Below are positions 27,342 through 35,474 of a stretch of DNA of 38,001 nt, one piece after another. Source of the stretch: a virus (lineage: Duplodnaviria; Caudoviricetes); IMG/VR virus record IMGVR_UViG_3300021365_000044, positions 1-38,001 of that record. One strand, 5' to 3'. How positions within the stretch are numbered: position 1 is the first letter of the stretch; each line of letters starts with the position of its first letter. A program made the translations under genes and the position numbers. Below the pieces are notes generated by a model. The model had not been told where the DNA came from. It made no database searches and was given only the letters and a program-made list of their open reading frames with translations.

Positions 27342-28157
27342 GTGGCTATTTTACAGGAAAAACCGAAAAGAGGTAGTGGTGGGCATTGGTACACCCGAGA
27401 GGGTAAAGCAAAGCATACCATGCCTCGGGCAAAGGGTGACGGTGAACGGAATACTACTCTTCGGGATGCAAAGAAGTTGGGACTGTTCCCCTCGGTGACA
27501 ACCTTACTTGGCCTGTTTGCCAAGCCGGGGTTGGAGCGATGGAAACAAGACCAGCTACTTCGTATAGCATTCGATAATCCGGCGAAGCTTGACGAAAGTT
27601 ACGAAGGATATGCAGATAGATGCCTCGTTCAGCATGAAAAACCTGTCGAAGAGGCGGCAAGCTTTGGGACGAAAGTTCACGATGCAATTGAGGCTTACTT
27701 TACCGGTCAGCATATACCCGATGAACTATTAGAGTATATTCAGCCCGCCCTCGATTGGAAACAGGAGCATGGGCTTAACTTCATCGAGTTTGAAAAGATG
27801 CTGGTAAATACGAATCATGGATTTGCCGGCACAGTCGATATTGTCGGACAGGGATCGGAAGGTGCTAAGTTTATCTTAGACTGGAAAACCCGTAAGACTA
27901 AGCCGAAGGTTAAGGTCACTAGTTACGACTTCCAAATCCATCAGATAGCGGCCTATGCCGCAACCTATTGGGGCGAAGAGGCGGTGTTGGGGCATAGCGT
28001 CCACGGAGCTAATTGTTACATCAGTTCGACTGAGCCAGGTAGGTTCGAGGTAATTAAATATTCCCCTGAAGACCTCGCCAAAGCATGGGTCGATTTTACC
28101 GCCCTCTGTCAGTTATGGCGGTCCTTAAAAAACTACGATCCTCGAAATCATGGATGA
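27342..28157 (+). CDS. PD-(D/E)XK (Cas4-like / lambda-exo-like) exonuclease
   Basis: PSVTT, GTKVH, AGTVD, LDWKT and QIAAY motifs; GGAGG RBS before GTG. Confidence 0.85.
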   Translation: MAILQEKPKRGSGGHWYTREGKAKHTMPRAKGDGERNTTLRDAKKLGLFPSVTTLLGLFAKPGLERWKQDQLLRIAFDNPAKLDESYEGYADRCLVQHEKPVEEAASFGTKVHDAIEAYFTGQHIPDELLEYIQPALDWKQEHGLNFIEFEKMLVNTNHGFAGTVDIVGQGSEGAKFILDWKTRKTKPKVKVTSYDFQIHQIAAYAATYWGEEAVLGHSVHGANCYISSTEPGRFEVIKYSPEDLAKAWVDFTALCQLWRSLKNYDPRNHG

Positions 28158-28308
28158 GTCTAACTGGGTAAAAATAGGGACGGGCTATCGGCCTGACGAT
28201 TCACCATACCAGGTAAACAAAATTCATTGCACCGAATGCGATCATACATGGGACGATGACGGTGACGAAATGTGCGTTTGCAAGGAGGAGGAAAATGCCG
28301 AGGTTTAG
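28150..28308 (+). CDS. 52-aa Cys-containing protein (CTEC...CVC), possible zinc ribbon
   Basis: Translated by hand; overlaps both neighbours as an operon gene would. Confidence 0.5.
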   Translation: MDESNWVKIGTGYRPDDSPYQVNKIHCTECDHTWDDDGDEMCVCKEEENAEV

Positions 28309-28510
28309 GACACCAGGGTATATATTTGGCGAGGCGATAAATGAAGCGGCCATTAATATCCGGTGTCCCGAACGGATGAGGGATGGAATTAGGCAATTAG
28401 CCTATAGACAGGAATTATCAATGAGCCGGTATATTCTCGGGCTTATGATAACGGATCTCAAATCGAAGGACGAGCAGTTCAAGAAATATATGGATAGCAT
28501 CGATGGGTAA
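28295..28510 (+). CDS. Ribbon-helix-helix (Arc-like) DNA-binding protein
   Basis: INIRCPERMRDGIRQLAYRQELSMSRYI; AGGAGGAGG RBS supports the start at 28295. Confidence 0.7.
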   Translation: MPRFRTPGYIFGEAINEAAINIRCPERMRDGIRQLAYRQELSMSRYILGLMITDLKSKDEQFKKYMDSIDG

Positions 28511-28718
28511 AACTCACTTCACAGAATTAGATTTTGGAATCAATTTAGCGAAGGAAGTCGCTGAAGGTTATCAACGATTTTGGGACAAAAACAAACTGAC
28601 TGTAATTCACGAGGATGGGCGGGTTCGGATTGTGCGGACGGATGTGCCGCGAACCCGCCCATCGGCTGAATTTGATTACGGTCGGTATAAAAAAAGGAAG
28701 AGTGAAGATTACCGCTGA
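28503..28718 (+). CDS. Hypothetical protein
   Basis: 71-aa ORF overlapping neighbours. Confidence 0.6.
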   Translation: MGKTHFTELDFGINLAKEVAEGYQRFWDKNKLTVIHEDGRVRIVRTDVPRTRPSAEFDYGRYKKRKSEDYR

Positions 28719-28848
28719 ACAGGTGGCGGATGCATTAATGCGTCTAGACATTTTAACCGCACAGATCGGAAACGCTCGGATCCGCAAGATGCATAAAGAC
28801 CCGCTTAAACAATTTATTAAGGCGGTGGAAAAGGAAATAACGAAATGA
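28702..28848 (+). CDS. Small hypothetical protein (MKITAEQVADALMRL...)
   Basis: GTG after AAGGAAGA; ATGA overlap with the next gene. Confidence 0.5.
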   Translation: MKITAEQVADALMRLDILTAQIGNARIRKMHKDPLKQFIKAVEKEITK

Positions 28849-29057
28849 AAACACATTATAAGATGGGCAGAGGATTACCTCGAGGCGAGAAGGTAGTCGT
28901 TAAGGTGGGTAGCCGGCAAGCGGATGTAATCCTAGATACCGATAAAATGAACTGGCGGGTCAAGCTGGATACTCCCGACCTCCCCGAACTGGAATATCCG
29001 ACACTACAGAATGCGGTAATGTCAGCAGAAACCATTTTAAAGGAGGATCGGAATTGA
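28845..29057 (+). CDS. Hypothetical protein
   Basis: 70-aa ORF with AAGGA RBS, coupled to the polymerase gene. Confidence 0.6.
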   Translation: MKTHYKMGRGLPRGEKVVVKVGSRQADVILDTDKMNWRVKLDTPDLPELEYPTLQNAVMSAETILKEDRN

Positions 29058-30808
29058 TCGCCCTCGATGTAGAAACCATTTGGTCCAAGCAGTACAGCGT
29101 GGCCACGATGGGACTCGACCGCTATGTAAAACACCCTGACTTTCGGGTAACCATAGTTAGCCTGGTAGCCGATGATGGATTCGAGTGGGTTGGCGATCCC
29201 CGAGACTTACCGGTGGACCGACTAAACGGACAATCCATCTGCGCCCATAATGCCGAGTTCGATTCGGTATGCTGTCGAATGGCAATGGCGCGGGGGCAGA
29301 TGCCCCAGTTCACTCCGAAGGAATGGATTTGTACGGCGGATATGGCGAGCTGGCATCAGTTGCCGAGGTCATTGGCGGGATGCCATAAGGAATTATTTGG
29401 CGAAGAACTTAATAAGGATGCCCGCAATGAGATGAGCGGGTTAAGGCCCGAAGAGATTCTCGGAAATGAATCTTTTAAGCAGTATGCACTGGGAGATAGC
29501 CGAGCGTGTATTCGGATATATAATGAATTAAAAATATCCTTCCCCGAAAAGGAATTTTTACTGTCCGCATTTACTCGAAGGACTGCTTCCCGAGGCATGG
29601 CAATCGATCAGAAACTTTGCCAGCAGTACATCGATAAATCGAAATCAATCATGGCCGAGGTCGAAACCTTTCTCCCTTGGGTTGGACCAGGAGGAGGTGA
29701 ACCAACTTCCACAGTTGCAATGGCCGCCTATTTAAAAATGCAAAATGTCGAACCTCCGAAGTCTACACAGGAGGGTGATTCGGAATTACTTTTATGGAAG
29801 GCTAAGAATCCGCAGTATGCTCCGATCCTCGAAGCGATGACCCGATGGAGGAAAGCGAATAAAGCGAGGCAGACATATATCAGCATGATCCTTCGAGTCC
29901 GCCCCGACCATCGAGTTTCCACCCGTCTAAAGTATTGCGGTGCGCCACACACAGGCAGATGGAGTGGAGCGGGTGGATTAAACTTTCAAGGTATTCCTCG
30001 GGACGAGGTGGAAGGTACATCGGCTAAGAAATGTCTTACTCCTGGTAAGGGTAGGGTAATGGTCTCTGCGGATCTCTCACAAATCGAGCCGCGCGTTTTA
30101 GCGTACCTCTGTGGGGACTTCGATTTCCTTGGGCTAGTCAGAGGCGGGATTGATCTTTACGAGGCACATGGCCGTGCGACTGGACTCTATAACGAGGACG
30201 AACCGATGAAAGACTTAGCCCCCGAACTTCGACACTTATGTAAAGCCCGTGTGTTGGGTTTGGGCTACGGATGTGGTCCGAAGAAATTCGGCCAAGTAGC
30301 ACAGGCTTTAACCGGTGGGAAATTAAATATGACCGATGCTGAGAGCCGAAAACAGGTCAAAGATTTCCGTAATCAGAATCCTAAGATCGTTGAGCTTTGG
30401 AAGAAGTGCGAGGACCACATCCGAGAGGAGGCAAGGCAGACTCCCGAGTGTGCCACGATGATCTGTAAGTCAGGGAAGCCGATCCGTTATTTCGATGTAA
30501 AAGATGATGGCCGAGAACTGACTGGTCAGAAGGTACGAGGGCAAGGGCGGATGAAGCTGTATGGCGGATTACTTTTAGAGAACCTCGTACAGGCAACAGC
30601 AAGAGAACTGATGGCAGATTCTCTCCTCAAGATTGAGGCGGCTGGTCTGCCCGTTGTCCTTCATGTCCACGATTCCGTAACTGTTGAAGTTGCCGAATCG
30701 GAGGGACAGGCGGCTTTAGATTTAATGATTCAACTACTAACCGAAGAACCTCTCTATATGCCTGGGCTACCCTTGGCGGCAGAGGGGGAAATTAAAAACC
30801 ACTATTGA
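29054..30808 (+). CDS. Family A DNA polymerase with 3'-5' exonuclease
   Basis: Exo motifs LDVET, HNAEFD and YALGD; TGRWS; motif A DLSQIEPR; motif B KARVLGLGYG; motif C HVHDS. Confidence 0.95.
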   Translation: MIALDVETIWSKQYSVATMGLDRYVKHPDFRVTIVSLVADDGFEWVGDPRDLPVDRLNGQSICAHNAEFDSVCCRMAMARGQMPQFTPKEWICTADMASWHQLPRSLAGCHKELFGEELNKDARNEMSGLRPEEILGNESFKQYALGDSRACIRIYNELKISFPEKEFLLSAFTRRTASRGMAIDQKLCQQYIDKSKSIMAEVETFLPWVGPGGGEPTSTVAMAAYLKMQNVEPPKSTQEGDSELLLWKAKNPQYAPILEAMTRWRKANKARQTYISMILRVRPDHRVSTRLKYCGAPHTGRWSGAGGLNFQGIPRDEVEGTSAKKCLTPGKGRVMVSADLSQIEPRVLAYLCGDFDFLGLVRGGIDLYEAHGRATGLYNEDEPMKDLAPELRHLCKARVLGLGYGCGPKKFGQVAQALTGGKLNMTDAESRKQVKDFRNQNPKIVELWKKCEDHIREEARQTPECATMICKSGKPIRYFDVKDDGRELTGQKVRGQGRMKLYGGLLLENLVQATARELMADSLLKIEAAGLPVVLHVHDSVTVEVAESEGQAALDLMIQLLTEEPLYMPGLPLAAEGEIKNHY

Positions 30809-31061
30809 TGCTAACCACATTGGAGAGAGTTGAAATAGCTACTATTTGCCTTCTAGCCATGACTAAGGAGGAAAGAAAGATATTCATCGAAAGATATATT
30901 GATGAATTAACTCTCACGAAAATAGGTAAAAGCCGAGGGGTTACCCATATGACCATATCAAATCGGATAGAAAAAGCCCGCATCAAAGCATTTAACGCCT
31001 ACCAACTGATTGCCGTTTTAGATGGCATCGAAATCAAAGAAATTAAAACGCACTACTGATG
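30788..31061 (+). repeat. 23-bp imperfect direct repeat (30788-30810 and 31039-31061) flanking one gene
   Basis: GAAATTAAAAACCACTATTGATG versus GAAATTAAAACGCACTACTGATG, 20/23 identical. Confidence 0.85.
30808..31059 (+). CDS. Stand-alone sigma70 region-4-like HTH protein
   Basis: MTKEERKIFIERYIDELTLTKIGKSRGVTHMTISNRIEKARIK. Confidence 0.75.
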   Translation: MLTTLERVEIATICLLAMTKEERKIFIERYIDELTLTKIGKSRGVTHMTISNRIEKARIKAFNAYQLIAVLDGIEIKEIKTHY

Positions 31062-31178
31062 AAACTCCTCCGCTCCATCGGCTTAATCGGATTATTCATC
31101 ACTACAGTCCTCGTATTATTCTACATCGTGGCCGCCTTCATTTTAACAATAATAACATCACTATTCATCACTACATGA
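31059..31178 (+). CDS. 39-aa hydrophobic membrane peptide (MKLLRSIGLIGLFITTVLVLFYIVAAFILTIITSLFITT)
   Basis: Translated by hand; TGATG and ATGA overlaps at its two ends. Confidence 0.65.
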   Translation: MKLLRSIGLIGLFITTVLVLFYIVAAFILTIITSLFITT

Positions 31179-31687
31179 ACCACAAAATTATCGGACTGAC
31201 AGGTCCAAAAATGGTAGGCAAATCGACATATGCTAAATCTTATGTCGATGCGGTAACCTTATCCTTCGCCACCCCAATAAAAGAAATGCTTAAAGTCATT
31301 CTGCCTGGGGAAAAGTATCTGCATTTTAAAGAAGAACCCATACCTAATTTCCCCGATGGAATTAATGCCCGAAAGATGCTTCAGGAACTCGGGACTACTT
31401 GGGGAAGAGAAGGACCAGCGGGGTATGCTAATATATGGATCGACCTAGCCTATAAGGCGGCTCTGCCTTACATCGGCAAGAAAACCATAGTATTTGACGA
31501 TATAAGATTTCCGAACGAAGCATGGGCGATTAAACGGTGGGGCAATACCCACAATGTGCTTACGGAGATAGTTCACATTTCTCGTAAGGGATATGAGCCG
31601 GATGAAAACGATCACCATGTGTCCGAGGCGGGACTTCCTAAAGGTATGATCGATCAATGGGTGTCGGTGGATGGAGAAGGACGATAG
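31175..31687 (+). CDS. Deoxynucleoside monophosphate kinase
   Basis: IIGLTGPKMVGKST P-loop, SFATPIKEM, RKMLQELGT.WGR, DDIRFPNE and H.SE motifs. Confidence 0.9.
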   Translation: MNHKIIGLTGPKMVGKSTYAKSYVDAVTLSFATPIKEMLKVILPGEKYLHFKEEPIPNFPDGINARKMLQELGTTWGREGPAGYANIWIDLAYKAALPYIGKKTIVFDDIRFPNEAWAIKRWGNTHNVLTEIVHISRKGYEPDENDHHVSEAGLPKGMIDQWVSVDGEGR

Positions 31688-31892
31688 TCAAATCGCCAAG
31701 CAAATGGCAACCGATGCCAAGCTGAAGAATATGCTTCTCAATATTCCCGAGGACCATCGGGGATTTACCCAGTCCGAACTGGCCGAAAAGACAGGGATAC
31801 CAAGGCGTACTTTAAGGCGAATTGAGACCGAGGCGATAGGTAAGCTTACCGAATACATCCAGCAGTTTATAGAGAGCGAGGGTTCCGAGTAA
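31671..31892 (+). CDS. Small HTH protein (sigma region-4 / Cro-like)
   Basis: FTQSELAEKTGIPRRTLRRIETEAIGKL. Confidence 0.75.
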   Translation: MEKDDSQIAKQMATDAKLKNMLLNIPEDHRGFTQSELAEKTGIPRRTLRRIETEAIGKLTEYIQQFIESEGSE

Positions 31893-32747
31893 ATGGCTAT
31901 CCTATCAGCAGACATGGCGGGGTTCTTCGACCGACTCCCGCAAGGAGACTTTGGCCATCATACCTTTATTGCCCGCCTTACCCTCCGTGCCGCAATGCAC
32001 CAATCGGACTTTGAAAAGGCTCACGATTACTGCATCGAGGTGGCCAAGGAATTTACCCGCCGACCGCTCCAGCCAAACGAGATCCGAAACGCATTAACCG
32101 GTGCGTATCAAATCCTATCAGGTGAGAAGATTATCAGCCCGACCAAAAAAGTATCAATTGATACCGGAATCTCATCTAATGCAAAAGGTAAACCCGAGGA
32201 TCTCGAAATGCTTCAGCTCCGCTCCTCCGCCATTCCTTTGAATGCCGAGGAGGCAGTTTCCAAACTTTTCCAATCTGACCAATGGATTAATATCCAAGCG
32301 GATAAATTTAATACCATGATAAAGACGGCGGGCGATTGGGCGATCAGTCAAGGGGTAGGGCAGATGGAATTTATTTCTTACAATCCATTCAAGGATATCG
32401 GTCCTCGGGTAAAAGATAATGCCGGTGAGCGGATGTATCTAGTACATGAGATTGACGATCCGACTTGGACGAAGGCCGATCAGATTGGACCGGCACTAGC
32501 ACTCGAATCAATCTGCCCATTAAAAATGATAGTCGATAGTGGCGGTCAGAGTCTTCACTGCTGGTACGATTGGATACCTGGTAAGGCCGATCAGTTTAAA
32601 CATATGTCGATGAAGCTCGGAGCAGACCCATCGATCTATAACTCACCCCTCGGATTAGTCCGACTGCCTTGGGGGACGAGAAAGCCAAAGACTGAGAAGG
32701 GCGAGAAATATTCTGCCCAGCAGCCTATTCTTTTTTGGCGGGAATGA
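31893..32747 (+). CDS. Archaeo-eukaryotic-type (RepB'-like) primase
   Basis: YLVHEIDD, VDSGGQSLHCWY and GAD......LVRLPWG motifs. Confidence 0.75.
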   Translation: MAILSADMAGFFDRLPQGDFGHHTFIARLTLRAAMHQSDFEKAHDYCIEVAKEFTRRPLQPNEIRNALTGAYQILSGEKIISPTKKVSIDTGISSNAKGKPEDLEMLQLRSSAIPLNAEEAVSKLFQSDQWINIQADKFNTMIKTAGDWAISQGVGQMEFISYNPFKDIGPRVKDNAGERMYLVHEIDDPTWTKADQIGPALALESICPLKMIVDSGGQSLHCWYDWIPGKADQFKHMSMKLGADPSIYNSPLGLVRLPWGTRKPKTEKGEKYSAQQPILFWRE

Positions 32748-32938
32748 TCAATACACTCCTTAAAGCAACCATCGTCAGGCGGTTTATTAAGCTTGGGATT
32801 TCACCCGTTAAAGCGATGCATATGGCTGACCGTTTAGCCGAAGGGGATGCTATTGTGCTTGTCAGAAATCACATAAATTTAAAGCCCCAAATAATTTTAA
32901 CACTAATCAAAAATAACATAAAAGATAATGAGACCTGA
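32744..32938 (+). CDS. Small hypothetical protein
   Basis: ATGA overlap with the primase stop. Confidence 0.5.
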   Translation: MINTLLKATIVRRFIKLGISPVKAMHMADRLAEGDAIVLVRNHINLKPQIILTLIKNNIKDNET

Positions 32939-34085
32939 AACCGACCCCTATTACAAAGCACAACTTAAAGCGGTAGAGCTGGAATATATGCTAGACAGTC
33001 CGACTGTTACCAATATGCCCAACCGCTCAATCGAGGTAAGCAATGACGATCCAAAGCCACTTCCCGAAATCATGTCGTTTAACCAGTGCATGGATTTTGC
33101 CACTAATCCGAAGAATGAACTTGAAGAGATTATCGAGGGCGTACTGCACGAAGGTTGTAAGATGATTATATCGGGGTCCAGCAAGGCGGGTAAGACTTGG
33201 TCCTTAATTAACTTGGCCATCGCCGCTTCAAACGGACTGCCGTGGCTGGGGATGCCGGTTAAGCAGTCGAAGGTATTGTATTTAGACTTCGAGCTAAAAA
33301 AATACTTCGGTACTGACAGGATTAAGCGGGTAGCCAAGGCTATGTTTAAGGGAGAGATTAAGCCCAATTATCACCTAGACTATTGGCCACTCCGCGGTCA
33401 CCGGGCAGAACTCCTTGACCTCCTGACAAAGATCCGAGCGGAAAAGCGGGAATATGATCTCATTATCCTCGATCCATACTACAAGCTGGCAACTGGTATA
33501 GACGAAAATGATGCCAAGGCAGTAGGCGAAATCGTAAACCTAATCGAGGATTTCTCCGAGGAAACCGGTGCCGCCATAGTATTTGCCCACCACTTCTCCA
33601 AGGGAAACAAGTCAGAAACTGATCACATCGACAGAGCGTCCGGCTCAGGTGTCTTTGCCCGTGATCCCGATGCTATCCTCACCCTCACCTCACACGAGGA
33701 AGAGGAACACCTAGTCCTCGAGGCAACCAATAGAAACTGTCCATTCTCACCGCCCAAGGTCCTTGAGTTCTCCGCCGATACCTTTCCACTTTTTATCCAT
33801 CGACCCGACCTCGAGGCCAAATTCAGGAAGCCAGGGCAGATATCCACCATCCAAAAGAAGATAAATGAGGGCTTATGCGAGAAGTTTTTGACCCTGTTGG
33901 CCGATAAGCCGATTTGCGGAAGAAACGAGGCGATGGAATTACTTCAAGCTCAAACCAATAATAATATCGATGGCCATGTTTTTAAGAAAATATTATCGAT
34001 GACTAAGGATCAAATTGAGGTCGAAAAAGGTGGTCCAAATAACAAAACTATCTACAGTTTGAAGCTAAAACTGAAAGGAGAATAA
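32928..34085 (+). CDS. RepA-like (AAA_25) replicative helicase
   Basis: Walker A GSSKAGKT, VLYLDFE, Walker B LIILDP, HHFSKG and ASGSGV motifs. Confidence 0.88.
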   Translation: MRPETDPYYKAQLKAVELEYMLDSPTVTNMPNRSIEVSNDDPKPLPEIMSFNQCMDFATNPKNELEEIIEGVLHEGCKMIISGSSKAGKTWSLINLAIAASNGLPWLGMPVKQSKVLYLDFELKKYFGTDRIKRVAKAMFKGEIKPNYHLDYWPLRGHRAELLDLLTKIRAEKREYDLIILDPYYKLATGIDENDAKAVGEIVNLIEDFSEETGAAIVFAHHFSKGNKSETDHIDRASGSGVFARDPDAILTLTSHEEEEHLVLEATNRNCPFSPPKVLEFSADTFPLFIHRPDLEAKFRKPGQISTIQKKINEGLCEKFLTLLADKPICGRNEAMELLQAQTNNNIDGHVFKKILSMTKDQIEVEKGGPNNKTIYSLKLKLKGE

Positions 34086-34103
34086 GTTAACTTTATTATC
34101 GGA

Positions 34104-34289
34104 AGAGTGGTAGTGCGACCCCTTATAGTATATATGCACTACTACTCTCTAAATAAAAAACAGGCTGTTAAGTAGTTAACCTTCGCACTAATGCTTTGGC
34201 CCGTAGCCGGCCCAATAGCTAAAGCTAACGCACCAGTGCGCCAAACCACCTGAAGGCGGCCCGTACCAGGTTAACTACTCCGCCAGCCT
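34104..34289. other. Highly structured non-coding element (origin/ssi or ncRNA candidate)
   Basis: 13-bp stem 34104-34116/34136-34148; perfect 12-bp stem AGTAGTTAACCT 34171-34182/34268-34279 with nested and outer stems. Confidence 0.6.
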
Positions 34290-34703
34290 ACAAGCTCGAC
34301 CGAAGGGGAGAATAAAACCGAAAGAATGAATACACTCGTTAAACAGATTAACCGCTCAAACAGATCAATCCTGTCAAAGAGGTATAAACATATCACATCA
34401 GCCAATCACAGCAAGGAGGGCATTCGATATAAATCCAATGCCGTCAAAGAGGGCATTCAGGGGAATGGCGGGATTGGCGGTCTTATACCCTAGTGTGGTA
34501 GATTATATAGGTCAGGCGGTAAAAGACAGCCCTGTGTGCCTTGTAGGCGATTATTCGGGCTATGTTGAGATTATATGTCGGTGGTACTTTACCCTAATAT
34601 CTTAAATATTAGCTTCAGGGCGATAAAAAAGCATTCGACTATTAAATCCCGTTCGAGGAAAAAGAAGAACAAAGTCAGGAGAGCATACCACTCTCGCTGG
34701 TTA

Positions 34704-35213
34704 TTATGTATCGGTGACTTCTGCCTCGATGACTTTTTCATCCTTCAGGTTGGCAAGCTCGGCTCGGATCTCATCGAGGGATAGAGATTTCTTTACTTCA
34801 ATGACCTGGGTAGGTTCACCTTCATACTGCCTGTGCTTATCGATTAAGATGCCTGTGGCGATTGGTAGGACTCCTGATGGGATTTCATCGTCATTCAACT
34901 TCGTTATGAGCTTTTCTACCGCAAGATGGGTAGCAGTTCCAATTAAGGCTCGAAGGTGCTTCTTTGAGTCCTTTAAGGTTTCTCCTTCACGGGATCGGAC
35001 GATTGCAACTGTATGCGGTGAGACTTTACACGCTTTAATTATCGATGAGACTGTTGCCCCCTGGGCTAACATCTGAACTACTTTAGCGTAGTCCTTGGGT
35101 CGTTTATCGAATAGCTGTTGGCCAGTCCAAACTGATGGGCATACATCTTCGGTCTTCAGATTCGCTGGAAGGTTCTCAGCATATTCTACTTTTCTTGGTC
35201 GTTTAGTCGGCAT
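34704..35213 (-). CDS. Probable terminase small subunit (HTH plus helical oligomerisation region)
   Basis: HTH GATVSSIIKACKVSPHTV; IATGILIDK...GEPT..IEV and VIEAEV C-terminal patterns; adjacent to TerL; start set at MPTKRP. Confidence 0.55.
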   Translation of the reverse strand: MPTKRPRKVEYAENLPANLKTEDVCPSVWTGQQLFDKRPKDYAKVVQMLAQGATVSSIIKACKVSPHTVAIVRSREGETLKDSKKHLRALIGTATHLAVEKLITKLNDDEIPSGVLPIATGILIDKHRQYEGEPTQVIEVKKSLSLDEIRAELANLKDEKVIEAEVTDT

Positions 35214-35272
35214 GAAATTAATCGGTGCAGTACTATGATAATGAATTATCAATAATGGATTTGGCAAGAACA

Positions 35273-35300
35273 ATTAGACATAATCATTATTGTACGAGTA
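35273..35300 (-). other. dif-like Xer recombination site TACTCGTACAA-TAATGA-TTATGTCTAAT
   Basis: Exact 11-6-11 geometry; right arm 9/11 to the E. coli XerD arm TTATGTTAAAT; left arm ends CGTACAA as in cer; intergenic. Confidence 0.7.
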
Positions 35301-35358
35301 GGCTTTTACTGATAGTCAACGACTTATGAAAATCTATATGCGATTCCTGACTTTGATA

Positions 35359-35430
35359 GGGGGGGAGGGGGGTCGGATTTCGCGGCCCGCCGATCACCGC
35401 GACCGATTGTAGCCCATAAAAAAATTTTCA
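35359..35430 (+). other. Candidate packaging/terminus region
   Basis: G7-A-G6 tract, GC-rich hairpin (TCGCGG/CCGCGA) and AAAAAAATTTT, directly upstream of TerL. Confidence 0.45.
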
Positions 35431-35474
35431 CTAATTGCGGCCAATCGTGTTGATAATCTGTTATCATTAAGCCA

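Noticed and set aside
27213-27376. Two tiny ORFs between the SSB-like and exonuclease genes
   Set aside because: 21 and 33 codons with no recognisable motif; possible but unsupported
27342-28157. Cas4 / CRISPR adaptation gene
   Set aside because: No Fe-S cysteine cluster and no cas context; a typical phage replication-module exonuclease
31022-31174. His/Asn-rich N-terminal extension of the dNMP kinase
   Set aside because: It is the off-frame reading of a 39-aa membrane ORF; the kinase starts at ATG 31175
35214-35273. N-terminal extension of the TerS-like ORF (similar extensions at 2813, 24971-25021, 28256 and 28615)
   Set aside because: Downstream starts have better context and avoid regulatory DNA or long overlaps
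35362-35369. GGGGAGGG as an FtsK KOPS motif serving the dif-like site
   Set aside because: Single copy pointing away from the site on the XerC side; better explained as part of a terminus G-tract; the KOPS consensus may not apply to this host
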